A DNA stretch of 64,000 nucleotides from Macrostomum lignano. Its lineage: Eukaryota. A program made the position numbers and the translations under genes. Positions 60,104 through 64,000 of the stretch are shown in pieces. Where the stretch lies: the NCBI GenBank assembly GCA_002269645.1, contig NIVC01002621.1, positions 1 to 64,000 of the forward strand, in the 5' to 3' direction. The notes below the pieces were generated by a model. It was not told where the DNA came from. It searched no databases and worked only from the letters and a program-made list of their open reading frames with translations. Within the stretch, counting starts at the first letter, position 1, and every line of letters begins with the position of its first letter.

Positions 60104-63100
60104 TCCAATATACTAAAAATGGTCTGTCTGTGTCTATCTATGTGATCGATTAGAGAAAAAATGGCTGGACCGATTTTGTTCGAACTAGCACTGTTCGATC
60201 AGAAATTTTCCCGTGACTGTACATGCATCGTGGCTAAGAAATTGCTCGATGCTAAAGGCATTAAATATTCGAAAAACATGCTTTTTTGCAAAGGTCAAGC
60301 AAACTTTTCGACTTGAAATGCATTGTAAGAATGCTAGAGAAAAAACTGACTGGTTGAATTCTGATTCTGAAATAGATTGCATCATAACTGAATTGTAACT
60401 CCGACTTGAATTGAAAATGCAGTGTGGAAGCGTAGCACCAGACTTGATTTAAATTGCGTAACCATATTGTTAACTGATACTGACTGACTGAGAAACTGAT
60501 TATGTCATAACTGCTTCGTGTGATTTACTCTATGCTTGGATTTTCAAGTGTTGAATTATATAAGTGCAAAATTTGATGTTATCAAAAAGATGAGAGCTAG
60601 CCTAGAGGTGAACAAACTGAACTGCTAAATGCAGCGACGATGGTTCGAATTTTCATAGAGTACCATTTTTTTAATTAAAGCTTTTCAACGTCAGGAAAAC
60701 TAAAAGACTTTTTAAAAAGAAGCGTCATGTAAAAATCGTAGAAGCGTCATGTAAACAATCATAGAAGCGTCATGTAAAAAATCGTAGAAGCGTCATGTAA
60801 ACAATCATAGAAGCGTCATGTAAACAATCATAGAAGCGTCATGTAAAAAATCATAGAAGCGTCATGTAAAAAATCATAGAAGCGTCATGTAAAAAATCAT
60901 AGAAGCGTCATGTAAACAATCATAGAAGCGTCATGTAAAAAATTATAGAAGCGTCATGTAAAAAATCATAGAAGCGTCATGTAAACAATCATAGAAGCGT
61001 CATGTAAACAATCATAGAAGCGTCATGTAAACAATCATAGAAGCGTCATGTAAACAATCATTGAAGCGTCATGTAAAAAATCATAGAAGCGTCATGTAAA
61101 CAATCATAGAAGCGTCATTTAAACAATCATAGAAGCGTCATGTAAACAATCATAGAAGCGTCATGTAAACAATCATAGAAGCGTCATGTAAAAAATCATA
61201 GAAGCGTCATGTAAACAATCATAGAAGCGTCATGTAAACAATCATTGAAGCGTCATGTAAAAAATCATAAAAGCGTCATGTAAACAATCATAGAAGCGTC
61301 ATTTAAAAAGTCATAGAAGCGTCATGTAAACAATCATAGAAGCGTCATGTAAACAATCATAGAAGCGTCATGTAAACAATCATAGAAGCGTCATGTAAAC
61401 AATCATAGAAGCGCATTGTAAAAAATCATATAAGCGTCATGTAAAAAATCATAGAAGCGTCATTTAAAAAATCATAGAAGCGTCATTTAAAAAAAACATA
61501 GAAGCGTCATTTAAAAAATCATAGATGCGTCATTTAAAAAATGATAGAAGCGTCATGTAAAAAATCATAGAAGCGTCATGTAAACAATCATAGAAGCGTC
61601 ATGTAAACAATCATAGAAGCGTCATGTAAACAATCATAGAAGCGTCATGTAAACAATCATAGAAGCGTCATGTAAACAATCAAAGAAGCGTCATGTAAAC
61701 AATCATAGAAGCGTCATGTAAACAATCATAGAAGCGTCATGTAAACAATCATAGAAGCGTCATGTAAACAATCATAGAAGCGTCATGTAAACAATCATAG
61801 AAGCGTCATGTAAACAATCATAGAAGCGTCATGTAAACAATCATAGAAGCGTCATGTAAAGAATCATAGAAGCGTCATGTAAAAAATCATAGAAGCGTCA
61901 TTTAAAAAATCATAGAAGCGTCATGTAAACAATCATAGAAGCGTCATTTAAAAAAAACATAGAAGCGTCATTTAAAAAATCATAGATGCGTCATTTAAAA
62001 AATCGTAGAAGCGTCATGTAAACAATCATAGAAGCGTCATGTAAACAATCATAGAAGCGTCATGTAAAAAATCGTAGAAGCGTCATATAAAAATCATAGA
62101 AGCGTTCATTTAAAAAGGTCATAGAAGCGTCATGTAAAAATCGTAGAAGCGTCATTTAAAAATTATAGAAGCGTCATGTAAACAATCATAGAAGCGTCAT
62201 GTAAAGAATCGTAGAAGCGTCATGTAAACAATCATGTAAAAAATCGTAGAAGCGTCATATAAAAATCATAGAAGCGTTCATTTAAAAAAGTCATAGAAGC
62301 GTCATGTAAAAATCGTTGAAGCGTCATTTAAAAATTATAGAAGCGTCATGTAAACAATCATAGAAGCGTCATGTAAAGAATCGTAGAAGCGTCATGTAAA
62401 CAATCATAGAAGCGTCATTTAAACAATCATAGAAGCGTTATGTAAACAATCATAGAAGCGTCATGTAAACAATCATAGAAACGTCATGTAAACAATCATA
62501 GACGCGCCATGTAAACAATCATAGAAGCGTCATGTAAACAATCATAGAAGCATCATGTGAACAATCATAGAAGCGTCATGTAAACAATCATAGAAGCGTC
62601 ATGTAAAAAATCATAGAAGCGTTATGTAAACAATCATAGAAGCGTCATGTAAAAAATCATAGAAGCGTCATGTAAACAATCATAGAAGCGTCATGTAAAC
62701 AATCATTGAAGCGTCATGTAAAAAATCATAGAAGCGTCATGTAAACAATCATAGAAGCGTCATTTAAAAAGTCATAGAAGCGTCATGTAAACAATCATAG
62801 AAGCGTCATGTAAACAATCATAGAAGCGTCATGTAAAAAATCATAGAAGCGTCATGTAAACAATCATAGAAGCGTCATGTAAACAATCATTGAAGCGTCA
62901 TGTAAAAAATCATAGAAGCGTCATGTAAACAATCATAGAAGCGTCATTTAAAAAGTCATAGAAGCGTCATGTAAACAATCATAGAAGCGTCATGTAAACA
63001 ATCATAGAAGCGTCATGTAAACAATCATAGAAGCGTCATGTAAACAATCATAGAAGCGTCATGTAAACAATCATAGAAGCGTCATGTAAACAATCATAGA

Positions 63101-64000
63101 AGCGTCATGTAAACAATCATAGAAGCGTCATGTAAACAATCATAGAAGCGTCATGTAAAGAATCATAGAAGCGTCATGTAAAAAATCATAGAAGCGTCAT
63201 TTAAAAAATCATAGAAGCGTCATGTAAACAATCATAGAAGCGTCATTTAAAAAAAACATAGAAGCGTCATTTAAAAATCATAGAAGCGTCATGTAAACAA
63301 TCATAAAAGCGTCATGTAAAAAATCGAAGAAGCGTCATGTAAACAATCATAGAAGCGTCATGTAACAATCATAGAAGCGTTATGTAAACAATCATAGAAG
63401 TGTCATGTAAACAATCATAGAAGCGTCATGTAAAAATCATAAAAGCGTCATGTAAACAATCATAGAAGCGTCATGTAAACAATCATAGAAGCGTCATGTA
63501 ACAATCATAGAAGCGTTATGTAAACAATCATAGAAGTGTCATGTAAACAATCATAGAAGCGTCATGTAAAAAATCATAGAAGCGTCATGTAAACAATCAT
63601 AGAAGCGTCATGTAAAAATCGTAGAAGAGTCATTTAAAAATCATAGAAGCGTCATGTAAAAAATCGTAGAAGCGTTATGTAAACAATCATAGAAGCGTCA
63701 TGTAAACAATCATAGAAGCGTCATGTAAAAAATCGTAGAAGCGTCATATAAAAATCATAGAAGCGTTCATTTAAAAAGGTCATAGAAGCGTCATGTAAAA
63801 ATCGTAGAAGCGTCATTTAAAAATTATAGAAGCGTCATGTAAACAATCATAGAAGCGTCATGTAAAGAATCGTAGAAGCGTCATGTAAACAATCATGTAA
63901 AAAATCGTAGAAGCGTCATATAAAAATCATAGAAGCGTTCATTTAAAAAGTCATAGAAGCGTCATGTAAAAATCGTTGAAGCGTCATTTAAAAATTATAG
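60104..64000 (+). mobile_element. Non-autonomous Helitron-like element 3 (5' part; runs off the right edge)
   Basis: TCCAATATACTAAAAATGGTCTGTCTGTGTC...GGCTGGACCGATTTTG, colinear with 48633-49200 over ~550 bp. Confidence 0.7.
60715..64000. repeat. 23-bp satellite (AGAAGCGTCATGTAAACAATCAT), more than 140 monomers, continues past the window
   Basis: Directly visible. Confidence 0.97.

Overview
Eukaryotic (animal) genomic window with GC-rich exons embedded in AT-rich, minisatellite-laden DNA. The style suggests a Macrostomum-like flatworm, but this is inference and was not verified. The left third holds five co-oriented + strand genes: MRPL28, intronless cyclin K, an intronless divergent RPS8, a Sushi/CCP type-I membrane protein and a 6-exon MMP21-like metalloproteinase. 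A different minisatellite occupies every spacer and all but two short introns. A 3-exon DEG/ENaC (FaNaC-like) channel lies on the - strand. It is followed by three GT92/DUF23 glycosyltransferase paralogs whose ~1-kb cores, including a 70-nt intron, are nearly identical while their ends differ; one copy carries a 1-nt frameshift. From ~44.2 kb to the end, the window appears to be a head-to-tail array of three related non-autonomous Helitron-like elements with hairpin-CTAG|TC junctions. Each carries a tRNA-like module, and in two of them a related 23-bp satellite has expanded at the same position, one into a 10-kb array with nested higher-order repeats. Most long ORFs in the supplied track are artefacts of stop-free repeats or antisense frames. 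All homology calls are from recalled motifs; no searches were run.
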